Under the pieces are notes generated by a model. The model had not been told where the DNA came from, did not search any database, and saw only the letters and a list, made by a program, of their open reading frames with translations. From Thermoanaerobaculia bacterium (lineage in GTDB: Bacteria; Acidobacteriota; Thermoanaerobaculia; Multivoradales; UBA5704): DNA of 64,000 nucleotides. How positions within the stretch are numbered: the stretch's first letter is position 1; the number at the start of each line of letters is the position of its first letter. Both the position numbers and the translations under genes were made by a program. This document shows, in pieces, positions 26,753 to 35,909 of the stretch. Where the stretch lies: assembly GCA_044226625.1 (NCBI GenBank), contig JBGAGQ010000005.1, forward strand, positions 96,001 through 160,000, given 5' to 3'.

Positions 26753-28846
26753 TCAACCTTTCCGCTTCTTCGTCTCCTTCACTTCGATTTCTGCGGTGAC
26801 CCGGCGCGGCGGCAGCGCGCCGGAGAGACGCATCTCGGTGCCTCCGGGGGGCGCCTCGAAGGAGGGCCGAACCTCGACGGCCGTGCCGGCCCGGTTGAGG
26901 CTTTGCTGACTGGCCTCGTTGCCGCCGACGTTGATCCGGTCGACGATCACGCCGGGAGTATTCTGCATGACCGCCCACGGATCGCGCGGGGTCGGGACCT
27001 TTCCGAGATCGGAGGTGGCGACCTTGTCCGCCGATTCGGCGCGCTTATCTTCGAGCGCGGCACTTCCGTCCGACACGATCGGCTCGAGCGGCGGGGCGAC
27101 CTCCATCTCCTCGTACGCATCGAAGTCGTAATATCCGGCGTCATCCTTCGCGCTGGCTTTCCTCTTCGCCATCCTCTGGATTCGAGGGATAGGACGTAGG
27201 TTCCCCCCGGTCAGCCGAGCCGAGAGTCCCGGAGGCAGATGGAGCGTCCAGGTATGCCGGAGCACCTCGCCGCCCGGACCGGCTTCGAGCTCGGCGAGTG
27301 CGAAGCTCCGGCGGGTAGCGCGTTGCGTTGCGGCCAGCGGTCGATCGGTGAACGAGATCTCGATCGACGTGCGGTCTTGGTCGCGATAGCGCAAAGGGAG
27401 CAGGTGCTTGCCGTTCCGCTCGATCGGCCGGACGACGTCGCCGTCGACGGTCGCTGACTCGAAGCGCAGACCTTCGGGGAAAGAGAGCTCGAGGGCGTCG
27501 CGATGATCCAGGAGGAGAAAACGATCCTGGACCAAGAGCGATCCGTCGGGATTCACGTAGGTCGTCGTCGAACGGTCGGCGATCGGCAGCGGCGACCGGT
27601 CGACCGCCGGAAGGACGGCGATGCGGAGCGCCGGCCGAACGGCCTGGCTTTCCAGGCGCCATCCGCCGATCGGTGGGCGCGCGGCGAGCTCGGCCTCGAT
27701 CGAATCGGGCGGATCGGTGAGGTCGATGGTCGACCACGAGGCCTCGGGTTGCGGGGCGAGCGTCGCCACGACGGAGGATGAAACGACGAGATATCGCGCC
27801 CGAACGGCGATCGACGGCTCGACGAAGTCGAGAGGCAGGTCCGCCGGAGGCGCCCCGGCGCGGCGCGACAGGATCTTGAGGAAGCCCGACCCCACCAGCC
27901 GCTCGCTCCTCTTACCCTGCACCACGGTCCCCTCCGCGGAAGCCGGTCCGACCGCCACCTCGGAGCCGTCGTCCATCCAGGCGCGCTCGACGACGAGACC
28001 GGCCGGCAGACGGGCCTCGATCGTCGAAAGCTCGCCGCGCAGGACCTCGACCAACACGGTGTCGAAACGGGCGATCTCGTCGGCGCGCAGGTCGAGGTGG
28101 GTGACCACGACCGATCGCGCCACGGCGGTCGCCGTGACCTTCGAAGGGGCCGCCGCGGTCCGGATCGAAACGATGCCCAATCCTTCGGACGTCGCGCTGG
28201 GCGCGCTTGGGGGGGCGAGCCGCACGTGGCGGACCTTGCCTGTTACCTCATCCTCGAGCTTGACCGCGCCGGCCATCTCCCATGCCGCTTCGGCGGGCAG
28301 GGTGAGCTCGATTACCGAGATCGGCGCGATGCCCGTTCGAGTAGCGATCTCGAACGCCTCGGCGCCCGGCCTCCGTTCGACGTGGCTCTCGAAGGTCGCC
28401 ACGTAACGCCCGGCCTCCTGGGGCACGAAGGCGAGGGAGGCGCCCGTCGTCCGGTAGAGCTTCGAGACGCCTTTCCCTTCGATGCTGACGCTTTCGATCC
28501 GGCCGGCGACCGGGAGCAACACGGGAGCGCCGCCCGCGCCCCGGGCTTCGATTTCGAAGCGCGTCGCGACGTGGCCGATCCCGCCGTCCACTTCGACTCG
28601 GACGCGCTGGGCGGAGAGCATCGTGACGGCGGCCGGAGCGGAGGGTTTTTCCGAATCGTGCTCCCGGGCCTCACGGACCAGAGCGAGATAGTCGGCGAGC
28701 GGCAGGTTCACCGCGTCGACGTGCGAGGCCTGCGCCGCGCCGGTTCGGGCCAGCGCTAGGAAAAGGAAGACCAGGGAGAGTGTGGTCCAGAACGGCCGTC
28801 TCGAGAGGCGGCGGAGCTGCCGAACGCTGTTGACCGTAGAGCTCAT
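26753..28846 (-). CDS. Large exported hypothetical protein with a C-terminal TonB-dependent-receptor plug-like segment
   Basis: ATG 28846 overlaps the upstream stop (TGATG); signal peptide; DLGKVPTPRDPWAVMQNTPGVIVDRINVGGNEASQQS near the C-terminus. Confidence 0.65.
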   Translation of the reverse strand: MSSTVNSVRQLRRLSRRPFWTTLSLVFLFLALARTGAAQASHVDAVNLPLADYLALVREAREHDSEKPSAPAAVTMLSAQRVRVEVDGGIGHVATRFEIEARGAGGAPVLLPVAGRIESVSIEGKGVSKLYRTTGASLAFVPQEAGRYVATFESHVERRPGAEAFEIATRTGIAPISVIELTLPAEAAWEMAGAVKLEDEVTGKVRHVRLAPPSAPSATSEGLGIVSIRTAAAPSKVTATAVARSVVVTHLDLRADEIARFDTVLVEVLRGELSTIEARLPAGLVVERAWMDDGSEVAVGPASAEGTVVQGKRSERLVGSGFLKILSRRAGAPPADLPLDFVEPSIAVRARYLVVSSSVVATLAPQPEASWSTIDLTDPPDSIEAELAARPPIGGWRLESQAVRPALRIAVLPAVDRSPLPIADRSTTTYVNPDGSLLVQDRFLLLDHRDALELSFPEGLRFESATVDGDVVRPIERNGKHLLPLRYRDQDRTSIEISFTDRPLAATQRATRRSFALAELEAGPGGEVLRHTWTLHLPPGLSARLTGGNLRPIPRIQRMAKRKASAKDDAGYYDFDAYEEMEVAPPLEPIVSDGSAALEDKRAESADKVATSDLGKVPTPRDPWAVMQNTPGVIVDRINVGGNEASQQSLNRAGTAVEVRPSFEAPPGGTEMRLSGALPPRRVTAEIEVKETKKRKG

Positions 28847-30639
28847 CACCGGTCCCTCCTCGATGCCTGGAGCGGTTTGACGTCGATCAGAAGGGGAGGC
28901 GGCTCTTTCGACCACCCGGACCAGCTGGCCTCGAGCACGGAAAAGCCCGAAGGTGGTTCGAGGAAAGCCAGCCAGGAGACCTTCGGGGCACCCGGTTCGT
29001 TCGCCCACGGCGGGGGAGGGACGCGGCCCGCCCGCCCCGGTTCGGCGAAGGAATAGCCAAAGCCCGGGGGCACTACGAGCCGCACCTCGACCCGGCTTGC
29101 GGGGATGCCGAAACGAGGCAAAGGAAGGGTCAAGCGACCTCCCTGGCTCGGGAACGATTGGGCAACCAGCGCCTCCAGATAGGCCACTTGAGCGTCCTCT
29201 CGCACGACCATCGGAAGCGCCCACTCTTCGCTGCCCGAGCTCGCGCCCGGGAGGCGGCCCGGCGTCACGTCGGCGCCGTTGCGTCGCGCGGAGAGCAGTC
29301 GTGCGCCGGGAGGCAAGCCGATCGTGAGGGACGAGTCACCGTTTCGCGCCTCGGCCCAGAGCTGGTAGTGGGCGGTTCCGGCGTCGCCCAGCAGCACGTC
29401 GACCACCAGCCGATCGATCTGCCCGGTGAGCACATCGCCGCCGGTCGCCCAAGTGACCCGCCAGACCGGCGACGGTAGGACGGGATCGGCGCGCAGCGGC
29501 TCACCCGGCGCCTCTCGGAAGGCCCGCGCGAAGCCGCCCAGCTGTTCGACCGCGAGGCGCTCGAGCGGCTGGGACCCGAGCGGTTCGAGCAAGCCGTCGT
29601 TTGCGCGTATGGCGATCTTGCGCGCGGCGCGCACCGTGCGGGCGCCCTCCGGCACCAGGACGGGAGCGTCGATCTCGGCCGCCGAGTCCGCGGCGAGCTG
29701 GACTTGGACGCTCAGGTCGCGCTGGGTCAACCGACGCAGCTGGATCGTGAGGACGCCGTCCTTTACCTCCCAGTCCGCCACGCGATCGCCGCTCGCCGAG
29801 AGGACCTCGTAGCCGGCGGGCATAGGGATGCGCAACCGCTCGAGCGTTTCTGGCCGCCCGCCGCGGACGTGGGCTTCGAGGTAGGCCGTCACCCGACGCC
29901 GAGCTCTCGAAACCGCGAGAGCGCTCGCCGTATCGACGTCGAGCGAAAGCGGCTCTTCCGCGACCGGGGTGACGACGGCCGCCTGCCCGAAAAGCCGGAG
30001 GCTGATTCGCGCTCCGGGATCGCCCACCAGTTGCCAGCGCCCGGTGCCGTCGGGGCGGACCGCGCCTCCCTCGGCGGCTTCCACTCGTTCTACGCCCGAC
30101 GCCGCGACGACCGTGCCGACGACCCAAGCGGCGGCCGGCCATGTCATCTCGAGATGTCGTTCCGTTTCGACCGCGTCCGGGTCGAGCGGCACCGGGAGGA
30201 CCGACTCGACCGTGATGACGTGGCGTCCGCTGCCCCGGAGACGGAGGAAGGCCGGTCCCTGGTTGGCACCCCCTGGCGGTGAATCGAGCGTGGCCTCGCA
30301 TCCGACCGCCGAGACCGAGAGCAGGGGGCCGATCCCGGGCAGGGCCAGGAGCAGCTCGTCCGAGGGTTTCGCCGGATCGAGGACGACCGCGAGCTCGGTC
30401 GAGAGTCGCGCGGACTCCGCGCCGACGGCGATGCGAACCTGGGCCGACTCGACGGCGAGCGGCGCGATCGGAATCGGCGGATCGGGGGGCTTTGGGTGGG
30501 CCTGATCCCACAGTTTCTGGAACTTGTCCAAGGAAATGGAGACCTGCTGGGCTCGCAAGGGGTGCGGGGACGACGCCGTCATCCAAACGGCGAGACCTCC
30601 CGCGAGCCAGGTGACGAGGGCGGGGCGAAATCCGTTCAT
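28846..30639 (-). CDS. Large exported hypothetical protein, paralog-like to the downstream gene
   Basis: Signal peptide; N-terminal VSISLDKFQKLW resembles VNLPLADYLALV of the neighbour; both are beta-rich and similarly laid out. Confidence 0.65.
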   Translation of the reverse strand: MNGFRPALVTWLAGGLAVWMTASSPHPLRAQQVSISLDKFQKLWDQAHPKPPDPPIPIAPLAVESAQVRIAVGAESARLSTELAVVLDPAKPSDELLLALPGIGPLLSVSAVGCEATLDSPPGGANQGPAFLRLRGSGRHVITVESVLPVPLDPDAVETERHLEMTWPAAAWVVGTVVAASGVERVEAAEGGAVRPDGTGRWQLVGDPGARISLRLFGQAAVVTPVAEEPLSLDVDTASALAVSRARRRVTAYLEAHVRGGRPETLERLRIPMPAGYEVLSASGDRVADWEVKDGVLTIQLRRLTQRDLSVQVQLAADSAAEIDAPVLVPEGARTVRAARKIAIRANDGLLEPLGSQPLERLAVEQLGGFARAFREAPGEPLRADPVLPSPVWRVTWATGGDVLTGQIDRLVVDVLLGDAGTAHYQLWAEARNGDSSLTIGLPPGARLLSARRNGADVTPGRLPGASSGSEEWALPMVVREDAQVAYLEALVAQSFPSQGGRLTLPLPRFGIPASRVEVRLVVPPGFGYSFAEPGRAGRVPPPPWANEPGAPKVSWLAFLEPPSGFSVLEASWSGWSKEPPPLLIDVKPLQASRRDR

Positions 30640-30890
30640 GGGAGCCTCCGATCCATAAGACACCACAGCGTGACGCAACGAAACCGGCTTGAGCTATCCG
30701 TTCTCTTTGCAAGGAGACGGCCAGAAACGGAAGAAGTCCTAGGAAAGCTCGGCCGCAGGAGACGGATCGTGGGAGGGCGAGTTGGATCTGGGCGCGGCGA
30801 GCGGGCTCTTGCGGAGCCCCGTGCCCGGCGTCCGGTTGGCGAATCGGACGGAAGGCCGATATCCTTTTTTTGAAAGGAGCCCTCCAAGAC

Positions 30891-31262
30891 ATGGCGAAAC
30901 GTGCCGCTGATGATCCCGGCAGGTTGATCCACGAGGTCATCCGAACCCTGACGATCGCGCCGGCCTACACCCGGCCCTCTCTGCGCCGGGCGATCGTCGC
31001 GCGAAGCGGTGCGAGTGCCGGCGTCGCGCCGCCCGGGCCCGATGAGATCCCCGCCGAGCTTCTGGATTTCGTCGACAAGATCGCCGAGCGAGCGACCGAG
31101 GTGACGGACGAGGACTTCGCCACCCTCTCGGCCCGCGGCTATACGGTCGATCAGCTGTTCGACGTCGTCCTGGCCGCCTCGCTCGGCGCGAGCCACGCCC
31201 GCCTGGAGCGTGGCCTCGGTGCCCTCGCACTCGCCCTCGAACAACTCGCCAAGGAGCCTTGA
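30891..31262 (+). CDS. Carboxymuconolactone decarboxylase/AhpD-like protein lacking CxxC
   Basis: FVDKIA..A.EVTDEDF..L...GYT.DQLFDVVLAASLGA...RLE.GL pattern; AGGAG SD. Confidence 0.7.
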   Translation: MAKRAADDPGRLIHEVIRTLTIAPAYTRPSLRRAIVARSGASAGVAPPGPDEIPAELLDFVDKIAERATEVTDEDFATLSARGYTVDQLFDVVLAASLGASHARLERGLGALALALEQLAKEP

Positions 31263-31267
31263 AATCG

Positions 31268-31861
31268 ATGCGTCTTCCTCTGCGTCAGAAACTCTCGTTC
31301 CTGCAGCGTCTGATCCTGCGCGTCGTCGTGGCGAAGATGGGCTTCGAGCCCGGGCCGATCACCATCGGCTCGTACCGCAAGCGGTTCGTCGGCGCAAAGT
31401 TCACCCGGGCGCTCGAAGCCGCGATGATCGCCGCGAAGCACTGGCGTCGCGAGGAGACCGAGCTGTTCGCCGCGTTCGTCTCCAACTTGAATACCTGCAC
31501 CTTCTGACTGGGTTGTCACGCCGCGGTCGCGGCGCACGGAATCGCTCAAGAAACGCTCGCGACGGTCTTGTCCGACTGGCGGACCGCGCCGCTTCCCGAG
31601 CGGACGAAGTTGGTCCTCGGCTTGTTGGAGAAGCTGACGCTCGAACCGGGAGAGGTCGGGGCGGATGACGTGAGACCGCTGCTCGCGGCGGGTATCGAGC
31701 CCGAGGCGATCCGCGAGGCGCTCCACGTCCTTTTTCTCTTCTCCACGCTCAACCGCTGGGCCGACACCCTCGACTTCGAGCGCCCGCTGGCCGGCAACTA
31801 CGCGCCGACCGGCAAGTTCCTGTTCGAGAAGGGGTACATGGGCGGGGTGCTGCCAGGGTAG
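31268..31861 (+). CDS. AhpD-like alkylhydroperoxidase, probable selenoprotein (UGA at 31505-31507 read as Sec)
   Basis: ELFAAFVS.LN.CTF[TGA]LGCH continues in frame into KLTLEP...F...NRWADTLDF; TGA sits at the second Cys of the AhpD CxxCxxxH motif. Confidence 0.8.
31505..31537 (+). promoter_or_regulatory. Bacterial SECIS-like hairpin
   Basis: cgccgc-GGTC-gcggcg (31519-31534), loop 17 nt after the UGA, extendable by gt/ac pairs; the GGUC loop resembles the E. coli fdhF SECIS. Confidence 0.7.
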
Positions 31862-31881
31862 GGCGAAACGCGCCTCCGGAA

Positions 31882-34473
31882 TTACAGCCGCGGATCGACC
31901 GGCTCGCTTTCGAGCGCGAGGACGCCGAAGGCGCACTCGTGAACGCGGTAGAGCGGCTCGCGGCGCACGAATCGTTCGAGCCCTTCGAGGCCGAGGGCGA
32001 ACTCGCGCAACGCGAGCGACCTCTTCGCCGCGACCGCGCGCTTTTTGAGCCGGACGAGGTTCTCCTCCGCCGTGTACTCCGGGCCGTAGATGATCCGAAG
32101 GTACTCGCGCCCCCGGCACTTGATGGCTGGCTGAGCGAGCCTTCGCTTGCCGGGGGAGAGGAAACTCCGCGGCTTGACCACCATCCCCTCGCCTCCCCGG
32201 GCGGTCAGATCGAGCCACCAGGCGATCGCCGCTTCGACCTCGGTCGAATCTTCGAGGTCGACGAGGCGGTGCGGCGTAGCGACGATCAGGGCGGGGTCGG
32301 CCGCGGCGAGGCGGCCGAGACGTTCGAGATGCCAGAGATGGTCGCGATCCGCGTGGACCCTGCCTTCCGACGCAAGCAGATGGAACGGCGCGAGCCGAAG
32401 ATCGGCCAGAGAGGCGACCGGCCAGACGTAGCGGCGGTAGGCCTCGACGAAGCCCTCGATCCGACCTAGACGTTCCCGGCTCGCCGCGGCGAGAGGAGCC
32501 GCGTCGGCGAGTCGTTCGGCCGTCTTCTCGATCGCGGCGTGGGTATGCGCGAGAGCGGAACGGCCGGCAGCGCCCACCGGGGCGTACTGCTGCCGGAGCA
32601 GCTCGAGCGCCTTGGCGGACCACGGCATCAGCTCGGCGTCCAGGAGCAGCCAGTCGGTCTCCAACTCGTCCCACAGGTCGGCCTCGCCCGCCGCCTTCGC
32701 CAAGCGGACGAGGAGCTCGCGCTCCAGCATCGGATCGGAAAAGAACGGGCGGCCGGTGCGCGTGAGACAGACCCCCAGACGCGGCGACGGCCCGAACCGT
32801 CGCGGCGCCGCGTCCTCGGTCCGGCAGAGGACCACGACCACCCGCGACCCCATGTGCTTTTCTTCGCAGACGACCTCGCGAACCCCCTCTCCCGCATAGT
32901 AGGCGAACGCCTGGTCGGGATGCTCCAGAAACCCGGGGTGGGGTGACGTCTCGACGGGCGCCATGGTCGGTGGCAGGTAGATCATCCAGCGCGGATCGAC
33001 CGCGAAGCGCGAGACCGCTTCGAGCGCCGCGGCGGAGTTGCCCTCACGGATCGCGATCCGCCCGAGACAGGCGGTCTCGATCGAGCGCGCTCCCGCGACG
33101 TCCGAAAGATCGAGGAGGCCTTCGAATCCTTTCCGCTGAGTTTCTGTGGGTCCACCCGTCGGTGTCGCGGCCGAACCGGTCGCCGCGGTCGCTGAGGAAG
33201 CGCCGAGCGGTCGGACCGGCTCGCAATAGACCTGGCGGGCGGCGACCGAGACGATCTCCATCTCCGGGTAGCGCAAGGCGGTGAGCCGGCCTCCGAAGAC
33301 GCAGCCCGTGTCCACGTTGATCGTTCCGTTGATCCATTCCGGTTCGAGCACCGGTGTGTGCCCGTAGACCACTCGAGCTCGCCCTCGATAGTCGTCGGCC
33401 CAGGGATAGCGGACGGGGAGGCCGAGCTCGTCCGTTTCGCCCGTCGTTTCGCCGAAGAGGGCGAAGCTGCGCACCGCGCCGGAAGAGCGTCCCTGCATCT
33501 CTTCCTTCATGCCCGCGTGCGCGACGACCAACCGTCCGCCGTCGAGCACGTAGTGGCTCACCAGGCCGCCGAGAAACGCCGCGATCGCCTCGCGCCGGTC
33601 CGCGGCCAGGGCCTCCATCTGCGCGAGCGATTCGGCGAGCCCGTGGGAGATCCGCACCTGCTGGCCCCGCAACGCCTTTTCGAGCTTCACGTCGTGGTTG
33701 CCGGGGATGCACAGGGCGGTGCCCGCCGCCGTCATTCCCATCGCCAGGTCGAGCACGTCGACGACGCGCGGGCCTCGGTCGACCAGATCGCCCAGGAAGA
33801 CGAGAGTCCGCCCTTCCGGATGGCGCGCCGACGGACCCCCCGCCTCGTTCGTCTCGAACCGCCAGCCGAGCCGCTCCATCAGCTCGGCGAGCTCGTCGTA
33901 GCAGCCATGAACGTCGCCCACGATGTCGAACGGCCCGGTGACCTCGGGCTTGCGGGTCCACAGCGCGCGGCGCTCGACCGTCGCGGAGTCCGCCGCCTCT
34001 TCCGACGTGAAGCGGTAGACGTGTCGAAACCCCTCGCGACCGAGCCCGCGGAGCGAGCGGCGCAGCTGCTGGGACTGGTTCCGCACGACGTGCGGCCCGA
34101 GCTCGCGGTCGGTTCGATTCCGGTTGCGATCGACGCAGACCCGTTCCGGCAGGTCGAACACGATCGCCACGGCGAACACGTGGTATTTCCGAGCCAGCTC
34201 GATCAGAGGTTTCCTCGCCTCGGGCTGGACGTTGGTCGCGTCGATCACGGTCAGACGTCCCAGCGCGAGACGCCTCGCCGCGACGAGATGAAGCAGCTCG
34301 AAGGCGTGGGGTGTCGCGGTCTGATCGTTTTCGTCGTCCGCCACGAGCCCGCGAAAATAATCGGACGAGAGCACCTCGGTGGGACGGAACAAGCGCCGCG
34401 CGAACGTCGATTTGCCGGAGCCGGACGGGCCGACCAACAACACCAGGGAGAGCTCGGGAATCGGCAGGTTCAT
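31882..34473 (-). CDS. pnkp: Bacterial polynucleotide kinase-phosphatase-ligase Pnkp (RNA repair)
   Basis: P-loop GPSGSGKS, metallophosphoesterase GDVHG/GDLVDRG/GNHD, ligase motif EEKHMGSR, C-terminal ESEPVDPRL; ATG overlaps the hen1 stop. Confidence 0.93.
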   Translation of the reverse strand: MNLPIPELSLVLLVGPSGSGKSTFARRLFRPTEVLSSDYFRGLVADDENDQTATPHAFELLHLVAARRLALGRLTVIDATNVQPEARKPLIELARKYHVFAVAIVFDLPERVCVDRNRNRTDRELGPHVVRNQSQQLRRSLRGLGREGFRHVYRFTSEEAADSATVERRALWTRKPEVTGPFDIVGDVHGCYDELAELMERLGWRFETNEAGGPSARHPEGRTLVFLGDLVDRGPRVVDVLDLAMGMTAAGTALCIPGNHDVKLEKALRGQQVRISHGLAESLAQMEALAADRREAIAAFLGGLVSHYVLDGGRLVVAHAGMKEEMQGRSSGAVRSFALFGETTGETDELGLPVRYPWADDYRGRARVVYGHTPVLEPEWINGTINVDTGCVFGGRLTALRYPEMEIVSVAARQVYCEPVRPLGASSATAATGSAATPTGGPTETQRKGFEGLLDLSDVAGARSIETACLGRIAIREGNSAAALEAVSRFAVDPRWMIYLPPTMAPVETSPHPGFLEHPDQAFAYYAGEGVREVVCEEKHMGSRVVVVLCRTEDAAPRRFGPSPRLGVCLTRTGRPFFSDPMLERELLVRLAKAAGEADLWDELETDWLLLDAELMPWSAKALELLRQQYAPVGAAGRSALAHTHAAIEKTAERLADAAPLAAASRERLGRIEGFVEAYRRYVWPVASLADLRLAPFHLLASEGRVHADRDHLWHLERLGRLAAADPALIVATPHRLVDLEDSTEVEAAIAWWLDLTARGGEGMVVKPRSFLSPGKRRLAQPAIKCRGREYLRIIYGPEYTAEENLVRLKKRAVAAKRSLALREFALGLEGLERFVRREPLYRVHECAFGVLALESEPVDPRL

Positions 34474-35870
34474 CGTGCCGCCTTCTCGGGCGCCTCGCCG
34501 TCGATTCGGGAGAACACGGCGAGCTGCGACGGCGCGCCGAGCTCCGGATCCTCGGGGCCGAGCGGCGAAATCTCGGCCCGGTATCCGAACCGTGTCGCGA
34601 CGCCCTCGGCCCAGGCGGCAAGCTCCGAGCGGCTCCACTCGAACCGATGGTCGCGATGGCGGAAGCGGCCCGCGGGCAGGCCGGGGAAGAGGCGGTTGTA
34701 GTCGGCGTTCGGGGTCGTGAGGACCACGGTCGCCGGACGCGCGAGCTCGAAGACCACCCTTTCGAGCGCGCCGAGCCGCGCGAGGTCGACGTGCTCGATC
34801 ACCTCGACCAACGCCGCGGCGTCGTAACCCGAGAGGCGTCGGTCGCGATAGGTGAGCGCGCCGTGGAGAAGCCTGACTCGAGCGCGCTTGCGCTCCGGGA
34901 GCCGGTCGAGCTTGAGCCGTTCCTCCGCCACCTGGAGGGCGGCCGAGCTCGCGTCGAGGCCGACGATCTCTTCGAACTGGCGGTCCTCGAGCAGACGCCG
35001 GATCAGCTTGCCTTCGCCGCAACCGAGGTCGAGCACTCTCCGCGCCCCGGCGGCGCGCAACGTTTCGACCACCCGGTCGAGGCGGACGTCGTGGAGTCTC
35101 ATCGGAACCTCGAGCGTCGCCTCGCGCTCGTCGGCCCCCTGGGCGTCTTCTTCCTCGCCTTCCCCGAGCCGGGAGAGCGCGCTCGCGACGAGCGGACGGA
35201 AGCGGAGATAGCGGCGGGCGATCGCCTCGCGCTCGGGATGCGCGGCAAGCCAACCTTCGCCGTGGCGCAGGAGCTTTTCTACCTCCTCGTTGCCGAGCCA
35301 GTAGTGTTTCTCGGTATCCAGAACGGGGATCAGAACGTAGAGGTGGGCGAGCGCGTCGGACAGACGCTGGGTCGCCTCGAGGCGAACGTCGAAATAGGGA
35401 CTGACTCCCCACTCGGGGAACCGCTCGTCGAGCGGCAACGCGCGCGCCTCGACCTGATAGCCGAGCGGCTCGAAGAGGCGGCGCAGGAAATCCTCCCCGC
35501 CACGGCAAGGGAGCGCGGCCACCTCGATCTCGAGCGGGATCGCCGTGGCGGCCAGCTCCGGCCGATCGCGGCAGCGGCCGCCGAGCGCGCTGCCGTAGAT
35601 TCGGGCGATCGCGACCGAAAGAAACGACGACGCGGCGTAGGGCCGGTCGTTGACGTACTGCGCCTCGGCGGCGTTCCGGCCGCGAACGAGGGCGACCGGA
35701 TCGACCTCGATCGTGAGCGCCGCGGTGCAGCGGGTTTCGGTTGCCTCGGGGAAGAAGACCTGAGCGACGCCGAACGGCAGGTCGAAGCGATGGATCCGCT
35801 CGGGATGCTTGTGGAGCAGGAAACCGAGATCGGTCGCGGGCGAGGCGGTGGTCGAAAGCGACAGAAACAT
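34470..35870 (-). CDS. hen1: 3'-terminal RNA ribose 2'-O-methyltransferase Hen1
   Basis: PATDLGFLLHKHP, YVNDRPYAASS, VLDLGCGEG, EVIEH, TTPN..YN, RHRDHRFEW. Confidence 0.95.
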   Translation of the reverse strand: MFLSLSTTASPATDLGFLLHKHPERIHRFDLPFGVAQVFFPEATETRCTAALTIEVDPVALVRGRNAAEAQYVNDRPYAASSFLSVAIARIYGSALGGRCRDRPELAATAIPLEIEVAALPCRGGEDFLRRLFEPLGYQVEARALPLDERFPEWGVSPYFDVRLEATQRLSDALAHLYVLIPVLDTEKHYWLGNEEVEKLLRHGEGWLAAHPEREAIARRYLRFRPLVASALSRLGEGEEEDAQGADEREATLEVPMRLHDVRLDRVVETLRAAGARRVLDLGCGEGKLIRRLLEDRQFEEIVGLDASSAALQVAEERLKLDRLPERKRARVRLLHGALTYRDRRLSGYDAAALVEVIEHVDLARLGALERVVFELARPATVVLTTPNADYNRLFPGLPAGRFRHRDHRFEWSRSELAAWAEGVATRFGYRAEISPLGPEDPELGAPSQLAVFSRIDGEAPEKAAR

Positions 35871-35909
35871 GGGTCGATCGGACCGGCCGCCTAGCGCTGC
35901 CGTCCGCTC

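Noticed and set aside
31505-31507. TGA as a simple nonsense mutation (pseudogene)
   Set aside because: It falls exactly on the catalytic Cys column and is followed by a SECIS-like hairpin, so selenocysteine is more parsimonious, though unproven.
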